Positions 24,132 through 32,259 of a stretch of DNA of 33,365 nucleotides are shown piece by piece. The notes beneath the pieces are model-generated. The model did not search any database. It was not told the DNA's origin and saw only the letters and a program-made list of their open reading frames with translations. The position numbers were made by a program, and so were the translations under genes. Position 1 is the stretch's first letter. Each line of letters begins with the position of its first letter. Origin of the DNA: Candidatus Bipolaricaulota bacterium (GTDB lineage Bacteria > Bipolaricaulota > Bipolaricaulia > UBA7950 > UBA9294). Location of the stretch: assembly GCA_034715975.1 (NCBI GenBank), contig JAYEFP010000105.1, forward strand, positions 1 to 33,365, written 5' to 3'.

Positions 24132-25014
24132 AGATGGCCTTTCGCGTTGCAAATCGCAATTGAATGATTGCAGCGATGGAGATAACAACAAAGATGACAA
24201 GCGATTGCGCGGACGCAGATCCTGTCTTCAGGTGGATGAATCCAGTTCGATATAGGTTGTACACAAGGATATTCGTTGCATTCCCCGGTCCGCCGCGGGT
24301 CATGATATCGATCAGCCCGAAGACCTGGAAGAACGAGTAGAGCATGTTAACAAACAGCAAGAAAGTAGTGGTCGGAGAGATCATGGGGAACGTAATCCGC
24401 CAGAAGGTCTTCCACGGTCCCGCTCCATCCACGCGCGCTGCTTCCATGAGTTCGCCAGGTACGTTCTGCAGCCCGGCCAAGAGGAATATGATGTTGTAAC
24501 CGAGCATCTTCCACGTAGCGGCAGCAGCGACAATGAACAGAGCGATCTGACCGCTGGTCATCCAGTTCATCAGTGGGCCGCCGGTGATCTTAGAGATGAT
24601 GTAGGGGACGATCCCAGTGGCGGGGGCAAACATCAATGCCCAGATCACTCCGGCGATCGCTGGGGAAAGGGCGTAGGTCCAGATTAGGGCGACCTGATAG
24701 AAACCCAGCCCTCTTATCTTCTGGTTCAGGAGTTGAGCGATGGCGAGCGACACGGAGAGACCGATCACGATGACGAACCCTGAGAAGGCGAGCGTGGTCA
24801 GTACACTGCTCCTATAGTCCGGCGAGGAGAACAAGCGAAGATAATTCCGAAAGCCGACGAAGATCGTCTTCGTGCCAAACGGGCTTGAGACGTAGAAGGA
24901 CGCTCGTATGCTCTGAGCGAAAGGGACGACCAGGAAGAGCACGATCACGAGGATCGAGGGGGCAATGAGCAGGTAAGGCAACAATCTATGCTTTGGAAAT
25001 CTATCCTCTTCCAC
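24121..25014 (-). CDS. ABC carbohydrate/glycerophosphoryl-type permease, UgpA-like, locus 1
   Basis: 'GYNIIFLLAGLQNVPGELMEAARVDGAGPWKTFWRITFP' is the EAA loop. Start proposed at GTG 25014, 7 nt after AAGGAG; the longest ORF begins with TTG at 25044. Confidence 0.8.
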   Translation of the reverse strand: MEEDRFPKHRLLPYLLIAPSILVIVLFLVVPFAQSIRASFYVSSPFGTKTIFVGFRNYLRLFSSPDYRSSVLTTLAFSGFVIVIGLSVSLAIAQLLNQKIRGLGFYQVALIWTYALSPAIAGVIWALMFAPATGIVPYIISKITGGPLMNWMTSGQIALFIVAAAATWKMLGYNIIFLLAGLQNVPGELMEAARVDGAGPWKTFWRITFPMISPTTTFLLFVNMLYSFFQVFGLIDIMTRGGPGNATNILVYNLYRTGFIHLKTGSASAQSLVIFVVISIAAIIQLRFATRKAIYAR

Positions 25015-25047
25015 CGTCCCTCTCCTTAGTTTATCAGGAAACAAAGA

Positions 25048-25076
25048 GGTGGGGCAGGCTTATGCCGTGCCCCACC
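25048..25076 (-). terminator. GC-rich hairpin (attenuator/partial terminator or mRNA stabiliser) between SBP and permease genes, locus 1
   Basis: ggtggggca (25048-25056) pairs with tgccccacc (25068-25076). The stem is extended by ggc/gcc around a ttat loop. On the minus-strand transcript it is followed by TCTTTGTTT. Confidence 0.45.
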
Positions 25077-25086
25077 GTATATGCTC

Positions 25087-26391
25087 TTATTCGCCGAAGA
25101 GCTCGTAGTAGTCGGTGAGTAACTGGTTCATTTTCGCAGCTGCCTCATCGAGTGCTTCGCGTGGAGTGAGCTGGTGTGCTATCGCCTTCTCCACCGCAGC
25201 TCTGAAGTGCTCCCGCATCTCGACAAACGGGCCAAGTCGTACCCCGCTTGCTGCTGCAGTGTCCCTCCGTCCGGATAGGATCTGCAGGAAGGCTGTCAGG
25301 TAGGCCTGATCGGCCGAGAACCAACCCTCGTCTAAGAGCGACTTGAGCGCGGCGCCACTCACCGGGAAGTAACCTGTCCCCTTGTGCCACTGAATGGCGA
25401 TATCCTTTTTCCCGAGGTACTTCAGAAACTCCCAAACCCCGTGGAGCTCCTCGTCACTCTGCCCCTTAGTGACCCATAGGCTTCCGCCGCCGATGACCGA
25501 GTTTCCTACGGGGTATCCTTCGAAGCGGGGGAGGAAGCTTGTTCCTACCTCGAACTCCGAAGCCTTGATGATCCCAGCCAGCGATGAGGTCGACTGAATA
25601 AGCATCGCGATCTGTCCGGCCTTGAATGCGGAGTTTGCCGAGTACTCCGCCCCTCCGTATATGTAGATCCCTTTATCGTGCAGCCTTATCCAGGTCTCAA
25701 AGACCATGTGCCCAAATGCGTCATTGTAGACAACCTCGGTCGCCAAACCGGCTCGACCGTTGTCGTTGTTCGCATAGAGGTGGTTGTGGTAGGTGAGCGT
25801 CTGCTCGAAGATCCAACTCGGCCAACCCGTGGAATAGGCGTGCTCGAGTACACCGCTATCCAGGATCTGTTGCCCGCACTCTTCCATCTCTTTCCATGTT
25901 GTCGGTGGCTTGTTCGGATCGAGTCCCGCCGCCTTGAATAGGTCCTTGTTGTAGTAGAGCATCGCCGTGGACGAGTTGAACGGCATCGACCACAGGTCGC
26001 CATCGACGGAGTAGTAGTGTGTGATGGGGATCACGTACTGTGCCCAATCCCACGTCTCCCCTAGCATCCCAGGGATCTGATAGACAGGGGTGATGGCACC
26101 GCTATCTATCATCGTCTGCGTGCCCACCTCGTACACTTGAACCAGGTTTGGCGCGCTCCCCACAGGGTAGGAGGCGACGAACTTGGTCAGCGTCTCTGCG
26201 TAACTCCCGGTGAACAAGGGCACGATCTCGATATCGGGATGACTGGCGTTGAAGCTGTCGACGATCGCCTCAACGACCCCCAGGCGTGACCCGCTCATCG
26301 CGTGCCACCAATTGATCTGCGTCTTCTCCGCAAACGCGAACGAAGACAGGGCAAGTACTGCTAACAGCGCAATCACTAAAACACGTTTCAT
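25087..26391 (-). CDS. Extracellular solute-binding protein, family 1 (UgpB-like), locus 1
   Basis: Signal peptide 'MKRVLVIALLAVLALSSFAFA' with no lipobox Cys, typical 434-aa length, and a position upstream of two permease genes. AAGGAGG precedes the ATG. Confidence 0.8.
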   Translation of the reverse strand: MKRVLVIALLAVLALSSFAFAEKTQINWWHAMSGSRLGVVEAIVDSFNASHPDIEIVPLFTGSYAETLTKFVASYPVGSAPNLVQVYEVGTQTMIDSGAITPVYQIPGMLGETWDWAQYVIPITHYYSVDGDLWSMPFNSSTAMLYYNKDLFKAAGLDPNKPPTTWKEMEECGQQILDSGVLEHAYSTGWPSWIFEQTLTYHNHLYANNDNGRAGLATEVVYNDAFGHMVFETWIRLHDKGIYIYGGAEYSANSAFKAGQIAMLIQSTSSLAGIIKASEFEVGTSFLPRFEGYPVGNSVIGGGSLWVTKGQSDEELHGVWEFLKYLGKKDIAIQWHKGTGYFPVSGAALKSLLDEGWFSADQAYLTAFLQILSGRRDTAAASGVRLGPFVEMREHFRAAVEKAIAHQLTPREALDEAAAKMNQLLTDYYELFGE

Positions 26392-26525
26392 TTCTTACCT
26401 CCTTTTGATCCTTGAAGCACCTATACAAGCTATATTTCACCACTCTCCAGCTCTTGTATCACCTCCTTCCGAGACTGACAGCTGCCAGGCCTTCTTTCGA
26501 TTTGTTGCACTAACTTGCGAATGCA

Positions 26526-26554
26526 ATTATAGCTAACGCCAGTCACCTCAACAA
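26526..26554 (-). promoter_or_regulatory. Candidate sigma70-type promoter of importer locus 1
   Basis: On the minus strand: TTGTTG (26554-26549), 17-nt spacer, TATAAT (26531-26526). Implies a leader of about 130 nt before the ATG at 26391. Confidence 0.4.
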
Positions 26555-26607
26555 AAACCTACAACTATCCACGAAAAATGTCAACCGCAAGCCATGTGTA
26601 CAGCACA

Positions 26608-27561
26608 TTATTGTGAGTCAAGGACGGTTGCGGCAATATCGACAAAATCGGTGAACACGCCATCGACATTGTAGTGGTAGTAGAACCGATCGAGCTCATC
26701 GCTCAGGTTGGCGTACTGTGATGGGAGGGAATCTTTACGGAAGGTATATGGGTGCACTACCAGATCTCGCTCGTGTGCCCAGGCGACAAATTGTGGGTTC
26801 TTCTCGATGATCTTCTTGGAAGGACCAATCCCATTGGCGTATGAGGCAATAGCATCCAGTCCCTCCTCTGTCCACATGCTCGCGTAGGCCCAACTAGCGC
26901 TCACCAATTGAATGAGTGGGATCTTTGTAGCCAACTCTCGCAACTTCTTCAACGAATCGGGCTCGAAGCACTGGACGTACACCTTTGCATCTGCTGCCAT
27001 GTAGCTATAGCGATCCAGCATGTTGATCAACGCCTGTTCCATGGGGAGTCCTTGTTGATCATGCCAGCTAGGACGCTTGAGTTCTGGATATATGCCCACA
27101 TCGCGTCCTGTGCTCTTGTTTAAGCTTTGGACAAGCTCGATCATCTCAGCGAAGGTGGGAACATCGAATCTCGACTTACCGACTGGGAAGCGATCTGGGA
27201 AATAGGGAGTGCCGTTTGACTTGCAGCGCTCGTGCACGGATAGGGTTTTGATCTCAGCCAGGGTGAAGTCGGCAGCGTACCAGTGGCCGTCGGAGCGGTG
27301 ACGATTCGGAAAGACTGTTTCCACATCGGTCGTCGGATTCAGGTAGATGTCATGCATGCAGATGAACTGGGCGTCCTTTGTCAGCACGAGATCGGGCTCT
27401 ACGTAGTCCGCCTCCAACGCATATGCGTAGGCGTAGCCCTCCAGCGTGTGCTCCGGCAGGTACCCCGCCGCCCCACGGTGTCCGATGACAATCTTTCCTT
27501 GAGCAACAGCGATTAGCCCAATGGCAAGAACGATTCCCAAAGCAATCAATATCCGCTTCAA
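26608..27561 (-). CDS. glpQ: Secreted/anchored glycerophosphodiester phosphodiesterase
   Basis: N-terminal hydrophobic signal 'MKRILIALGIVLAIGLIAVA', then 'IGHRGAAGYLPEHTLEGY' and 'EPDL' GDPD catalytic motifs. Confidence 0.85.
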   Translation of the reverse strand: MKRILIALGIVLAIGLIAVAQGKIVIGHRGAAGYLPEHTLEGYAYAYALEADYVEPDLVLTKDAQFICMHDIYLNPTTDVETVFPNRHRSDGHWYAADFTLAEIKTLSVHERCKSNGTPYFPDRFPVGKSRFDVPTFAEMIELVQSLNKSTGRDVGIYPELKRPSWHDQQGLPMEQALINMLDRYSYMAADAKVYVQCFEPDSLKKLRELATKIPLIQLVSASWAYASMWTEEGLDAIASYANGIGPSKKIIEKNPQFVAWAHERDLVVHPYTFRKDSLPSQYANLSDELDRFYYHYNVDGVFTDFVDIAATVLDSQ

Positions 27562-27584
27562 TGTAGCCTCCTAGTGTCTTGTAC

Positions 27585-28556
27585 CTAGCCTTCTTCTTTC
27601 GCCACAGGCTGATCAACTAGCGGGTAGCGATCCACGTTATTGAATGGGATTTCTTTTGGACTATCGCGGATTCCATCTGCTCCAGGGTGGTCTTGGTCTT
27701 GCCCTGAATAGCGGTCTACAATAGGATCTCCAGACCAGAAATTGCCTCCCGCGGGATAGCCACCGTCCCAGTAGTTGCTGATTTCATCGCATGTTGCCGA
27801 TCGGTTGTTATCGAGAAATGCATTATGGAAGATGCTGTTTCCCTCGGACGTATGGACGATAGCCAGCCCCAACTCGCAGTCTGTGATCGTATTTTCGGTG
27901 ATTGAGCAGTCGAAGCAGTCCCACAGGAACATTCCGTGATTCATATTCGTGATATCGTTGCTGCGCAGATAGTCGCGATGGCAGCTATCCAAGTACATCC
28001 CATTGCGGCTGTCCGCTATGCTGTTGTTTGCTAACAGAGCATCGTGACAACGCCAGAGAAATACCCCGTGTTCTAGTGTCCCATGAATCTTGTTACCGAC
28101 AATACTGATGGTGTTGGATTCGGTGCCTTCAATCCCACGAATGCAATTGATGCAGGCATTTTCGTTGACCATGGTCGTCGGGGATTGATAGACAAAGATC
28201 CCTTTAGCAAGATCGGTGAGCTTGCAGTTGTTTACCTCTACGTGTGACGCTTGGCTAACAATAATGCCAATTACCGTACGACCCTTTCCAACTATGGTAC
28301 AGTTACGGATGATCAAGTAGGCTAATGTGTTCTTTACCTCGATTCCAGCACCTGCGCTCACTTCGATAGACCAATCGTCGATTATGTATGGATCGTCGAC
28401 TGAGCCACTTCCGGATGTGACCCCGTTCCCTGTGTGTAAATCGGCATCAGAACGAATGGAGATCTGATCATGCAGGGTGTCGCCGTGCGCTACCGGGCAA
28501 GCAAACACGATCGCGACGAGGCAAACAAGAAGCAAGGAGAAGGCATGCTTTCTCAT
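27585..28556 (-). CDS. Secreted right-handed parallel beta-helix (PbH1/NosD-like) repeat protein
   Basis: Signal peptide 'MRKHAFSLLLVCLVAIVFACPVAHG'. 'GSGSVDDPYII' lead-in, then repeated segments of about 22 aa (..N..I.....GI.......N.I..N.I) and a 'DRYPL' tail. ATG 28556 forms an ATGA overlap with the upstream stop. Confidence 0.7.
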   Translation of the reverse strand: MRKHAFSLLLVCLVAIVFACPVAHGDTLHDQISIRSDADLHTGNGVTSGSGSVDDPYIIDDWSIEVSAGAGIEVKNTLAYLIIRNCTIVGKGRTVIGIIVSQASHVEVNNCKLTDLAKGIFVYQSPTTMVNENACINCIRGIEGTESNTISIVGNKIHGTLEHGVFLWRCHDALLANNSIADSRNGMYLDSCHRDYLRSNDITNMNHGMFLWDCFDCSITENTITDCELGLAIVHTSEGNSIFHNAFLDNNRSATCDEISNYWDGGYPAGGNFWSGDPIVDRYSGQDQDHPGADGIRDSPKEIPFNNVDRYPLVDQPVAKEEG

Positions 28557-29773
28557 AGCCCTTTCTGTGCAAGAAGTTTGTCCATCAAGTTGATCAGTTC
28601 CTCCTCGCGTCCATGCGGAACGAGTGCAGCTGCTGCATAGCCGTGACAGGCATCGATGGTTCCATCGACCTGTAATGCAGCTTCGGGCAGGAGCCAATCG
28701 AGACCGGGCATGTCACCATCGATGATCCTCTGACCAAGCGACGTGGGAACCCGCATCGATACCTTGGCTAAGTTCCACTCAAATGTACCAAGCCCGGGAA
28801 TCTCAGTTGGCATGTCCTGGAACCCGGCAATGTACTTAGTAGGATCCATGAATTCCTCATCGCGGATGTCCATGCAGAACTCACCGATGATCTTCACCCC
28901 CATCGGGGAGAAACCGTCTCCGACGATGAACCATTGATTATGGTCCGTCACGTGGAGGTTCCCTTCCTTCAATCGGGCGAGCTGTTGGGAGAACCGCTCT
29001 TCCTTGAGGGTGCTCAGTTCTGCTAGCTTCTTGTCGTACTCCGGGCTGGGCCCTTCGAAGCACGCACGAATCCCTACCTCCGGACCTTCCACCGTGTATC
29101 CGGCTGCGCCGAGGACCGTAAGCGATTTGGAGAAGGGCGTAAGCGGGATCTCTCTACCGAAGCGGGTGAGGACGTACTCCTCTCTGTCACTTCCTTTGGC
29201 GATGATCTTGATGTCTCCCATCTTGACGGCGTCCATCAGAGCCTCACGGTTGTAGGCGATGAGCTTGCCGCTGCGATCGTGCGAATCACCGATCGCTCCG
29301 ATTACTCCCAGATAGCGCAAATCGACGTTCTTCTCATCGAGTACGGTAGCGAAAATTGTCGCTGCCGTAGCTGCGGAGATCTCATCCTCTCCTGACAGGC
29401 CGAAGCGCTCAGTGGATAGATTGAGAACCTTGTCCGATGTCGATTCCTCTGCTGGATGATGGTCGAGAATGAGAGTAAACGACCGATCGCGATTGAGACC
29501 GCAGATGACTGGGGCTGCTCTTCCCGCCAGGTCCGTGTACACCACCGGATGCCCGGCGGCGCGATCATGGATGCGTTCCACAATCGGTGGGTGAATCCGT
29601 TCTAGCGCGATCCTCTCCACCTTGAAGCCGTCGCGGCTGAGAGCGGTCTCCAGAATCGCTCCTGCGGTGAGTCCATCGGCGTCGTTGTGGTGCACCAGCG
29701 TAATCTCGCGTCCGGCGGTGCGCAGCTTGCTTATCCCATCCTTCAACGCCTTGATATACGCTTCTCTACCCAT
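28553..29773 (-). CDS. DHH/DHHA1-family phosphoesterase (RecJ/NrnA-like fold)
   Basis: Motif I 'HHNDADGL', motif III 'ILDHHPA', motif IV 'GAIGDS', and a degenerate DHHA1 element 'DACHGYAAAA'. Its ATG lies 1 nt after the upstream HAD stop. Confidence 0.7.
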   Translation of the reverse strand: MGREAYIKALKDGISKLRTAGREITLVHHNDADGLTAGAILETALSRDGFKVERIALERIHPPIVERIHDRAAGHPVVYTDLAGRAAPVICGLNRDRSFTLILDHHPAEESTSDKVLNLSTERFGLSGEDEISAATAATIFATVLDEKNVDLRYLGVIGAIGDSHDRSGKLIAYNREALMDAVKMGDIKIIAKGSDREEYVLTRFGREIPLTPFSKSLTVLGAAGYTVEGPEVGIRACFEGPSPEYDKKLAELSTLKEERFSQQLARLKEGNLHVTDHNQWFIVGDGFSPMGVKIIGEFCMDIRDEEFMDPTKYIAGFQDMPTEIPGLGTFEWNLAKVSMRVPTSLGQRIIDGDMPGLDWLLPEAALQVDGTIDACHGYAAAALVPHGREEELINLMDKLLAQKGL

Positions 29774-29774
29774 C

Positions 29775-30635
29775 TCAATGCTCCTTTGCTTCCAAAATAT
29801 CGATCACTGAATCGAAGGCAAAGCTCGGAGATACACCAAGAGATTGCAGCTTTTCCTCGGTCATAGCTCCCGAGCGCACGAAGATCGTCGTCATCCCCAT
29901 CCCTTGCCCGGCAAGCATGTCGGTATCCATGTCACCGACAATAGCGCAGTCCCTTCCCGCGAGTCCGAGTCGATTGAGGGCAATCTTGACGATGTACGGC
30001 GAGGGCTTGCCAATGATCGCGTCTGGTTCGCGGTCGACCATGTACGAGAGCGCACCGATCATCGCTCCTGTCCCTGGGATAACCCCGTCTTTGGCCGGAA
30101 AGATGCGGTCGGGATTTGTAGCAACGAACTTAGCGTTAGCATGGTAGAGGGCGCGCAGCGCACCGGTGATCCTCTCGCTATTCTCCTGGGTGAGTTGGCC
30201 CTTTCCGTTGAACGCTGAGCCGACGACCGCATACTCAGCGACGAGCGGATCATCCACGAGATCCAATCCGGCAAGCTCCAGCTCCCGCCGGAGTCCAGGC
30301 GCTCCGACCATGTACACCTTTGCCCGCGGTTTTTCGTTCGCTACGTAGCGAGCGGTGGCGTAGGTAGAGAGGACAAGATCATCAGCGGTCACCGGGATAC
30401 CAATGCGGGTGAATTTAGCGATGTACTCCTCGCGCGACTTGGTCGAGTTGTTGGAGATGAAGATCACCTTTTTCCCTCCGCGGCGCAGCCGTTCGATCGC
30501 CTCTGGCGCGCGAGGGATGATCTCCTCTCCGCGCACGAGGACGCCATCGACATCGAATACAAAGCCCTTGCACCTATTCAACGGATGCTCGGCCGCGAAC
30601 ATGTCCATCTTTGCATCCGGATACCAATCAGTCAT
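29775..30635 (-). CDS. HAD-superfamily subfamily IIA (NagD-like) phosphatase, copy 2
   Basis: Motif I 'FVFDVDGVL', 'ISNNS', 'GKP', 'VGDMDTDM'. GGAGGG lies 5 nt upstream of the ATG at 30635. Confidence 0.8.
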   Translation of the reverse strand: MTDWYPDAKMDMFAAEHPLNRCKGFVFDVDGVLVRGEEIIPRAPEAIERLRRGGKKVIFISNNSTKSREEYIAKFTRIGIPVTADDLVLSTYATARYVANEKPRAKVYMVGAPGLRRELELAGLDLVDDPLVAEYAVVGSAFNGKGQLTQENSERITGALRALYHANAKFVATNPDRIFPAKDGVIPGTGAMIGALSYMVDREPDAIIGKPSPYIVKIALNRLGLAGRDCAIVGDMDTDMLAGQGMGMTTIFVRSGAMTEEKLQSLGVSPSFAFDSVIDILEAKEH

Positions 30636-30658
30636 GCGAACCCTCCAATTCTGTCTTA

Positions 30659-31399
30659 TCAGTTGTCCTTTCCCTCGGCTTGCCGTAATTGGATGAGTGC
30701 CTCGGGTCGGTCCGTTATTATTCCGTCCACTCCCATGCGAGAGAATTCTTGCATCGATTCGTCGTTATTGACCACCCATGGGTAGATAGCAATACCACTT
30801 GAGTGTGCATCCTTGACAAGCGTTGGCGTGGTCTGTGCCCAATGCGGAAGCACAGCCACCGGATTCAATGCCTGTATCTCCTGTCGCAAACTCAGCCACT
30901 CTCCCGCATAAAGCATCCCGATCCGCGTATCACGCGATGTCTCGTGTAAGTTCAAGAGGCTACGGTGATCGAATGAGATCACGGTGGTCCATGATATCGC
31001 GTCACACTCGTGCAGGATCTGAGAGAGACGCTCTTCCACCCAGGTATAGCGATCCAATTCGTGCCGTGTACGCTTGACCTCAAGAAAGAGCTCAGCTTTG
31101 CCGGCGAGTAAATGAAGCGCTTCTTCGAGGAGGAGGATCCGTTCGCCGGCGTATTTTGTCGACGTGCGGCTGCCAATCTTTAGTGTCCGTAGCTGATCGC
31201 TTGTAAGGTGCATTGTCCAGCCAGCATGGCCGGTAAGGCGAGCGATATCAGCATCGTGGAACAACACAAACTTGCGGTCCGCCGTTGGCCAGACATCGAT
31301 TTCCACCGCATCCAATCCGAGTGCAAGAGCATGTTCCAGGCCTGTTCGTGAGTTTTCCGGGGCACTCTGCCCCCCACCCTTGTGTCCAACAATCTTCAC
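30659..31399 (-). CDS. ugpQ: Cytoplasmic glycerophosphodiester phosphodiesterase (UgpQ-like)
   Basis: 'IVGHKGGGQSAPENS', 'EIDVW' and 'HD' GDPD motifs, with no signal peptide. GTG 31399 overlaps the upstream stop (GTGA), with GGAGGAG upstream. Confidence 0.8.
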   Translation of the reverse strand: MKIVGHKGGGQSAPENSRTGLEHALALGLDAVEIDVWPTADRKFVLFHDADIARLTGHAGWTMHLTSDQLRTLKIGSRTSTKYAGERILLLEEALHLLAGKAELFLEVKRTRHELDRYTWVEERLSQILHECDAISWTTVISFDHRSLLNLHETSRDTRIGMLYAGEWLSLRQEIQALNPVAVLPHWAQTTPTLVKDAHSSGIAIYPWVVNNDESMQEFSRMGVDGIITDRPEALIQLRQAEGKDN

Positions 31400-32259
31400 T
31401 TCTCCTCCGTAAGCGCAAATCCGCGCATGAACTGTTCCTGCAACAGGATAAACATGATGAGCGGCGGCAGCATAGTGATGATTACGCCAGCCATGGATAT
31501 GCCCCAGTGGACCATCCCTTCTGGTCCGGCGCTGGTCAGCCTCTTCACGCCCATCTGGATCATCTGGTTGTTGTTGGAACTAATGATAATCAGCGGCCAT
31601 AGGTATTGGTTCCACAAGTAGACGAATTCAATTACCGCCATTGCTCCAACGGTGTTCAGCGACATGGGTAGTAAGATCTGCCACAGAAAACGCATTGGGC
31701 CAACTCCATCCACGCGAGCTGCGTCGACAAGTGATGTGGGGATGGACATGAAATGCTGACGGAAGAGGAACGTCCCTGTTGCAGATGCTAAGAACGGGAC
31801 GGTCAGTGCCCAGAAGCTGTTTCCCCAACCGAGACTGCTCACGAATTTGAACAGCGGAACTATGCGTACGGGAACGGGCATCATCAGTGTCACGAGGATA
31901 AAGACGAATATCAGCCCTTTGAAGCGGAAGTCAAAGTAGACTAATGCCAGGGCTGCAAGGAGAGATAGGATAGTCTTTCCCACCATCACACTGATTGCCA
32001 CAGCGAACGTATTACCCATCAGCCTTCCCAGATTATAGCGCTCCCAGGCGACGGTGTAGTTCTCGATCGCCGATCTGCCAATACCAAACTGCGGTGGGTA
32101 CGTGCTAATTTGAGCAGTACTCTGTGTGCTCTTGATGAGCGCGAAAATAATCGGGGAAGCGACTATTAGAGCAACCAAAATGAGGACAAGATGAGTAGAG
32201 AAGGTGGAGAGTCTCGGCCTCCAGTAGTACCAATCACGCCTATTCTTCTTACCCGCCAT
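31396..32259 (-). CDS. ABC permease, UgpE-like, locus 2
   Basis: 'DAARVDGVGPMRFLWQILLP' EAA loop, collinear with the locus-1 paralog. ATG 32259 lies after GGGAGGAAGG and overlaps the upstream gene by 11 nt. Confidence 0.8.
   Translation of the reverse strand: MAGKKNRRDWYYWRPRLSTFSTHLVLILVALIVASPIIFALIKSTQSTAQISTYPPQFGIGRSAIENYTVAWERYNLGRLMGNTFAVAISVMVGKTILSLLAALALVYFDFRFKGLIFVFILVTLMMPVPVRIVPLFKFVSSLGWGNSFWALTVPFLASATGTFLFRQHFMSIPTSLVDAARVDGVGPMRFLWQILLPMSLNTVGAMAVIEFVYLWNQYLWPLIIISSNNNQMIQMGVKRLTSAGPEGMVHWGISMAGVIITMLPPLIMFILLQEQFMRGFALTEEK

Noticed and set aside
26459-26470. Strong SD-like block (GGAAGGAGGTGA on the minus strand) in the SBP1 leader, possibly a hidden small gene.
   Set aside because: No ATG, GTG or TTG occurs at a usable 4-10 nt distance. 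The only in-frame reading (GTG immediately abutting the SD) gives 10 codons.
27585-28697. N-terminal extensions of the longest ORFs. These are 28697 for the beta-helix gene, 23394 for HAD-1, 21319 for glpK, 19814 for the glpA-like gene, 5225 for EamA, 4357 for lipB, 1289 for DUF2442, 10227 for the ferredoxin subunit, and 24200 and 32319 for the permeases.
   Set aside because: The extensions overlap the preceding gene and are Arg/Cys/Ser-rich. Internal starts coincide with SD motifs, with signal peptides or family N-termini, and with compact stop/start junctions.
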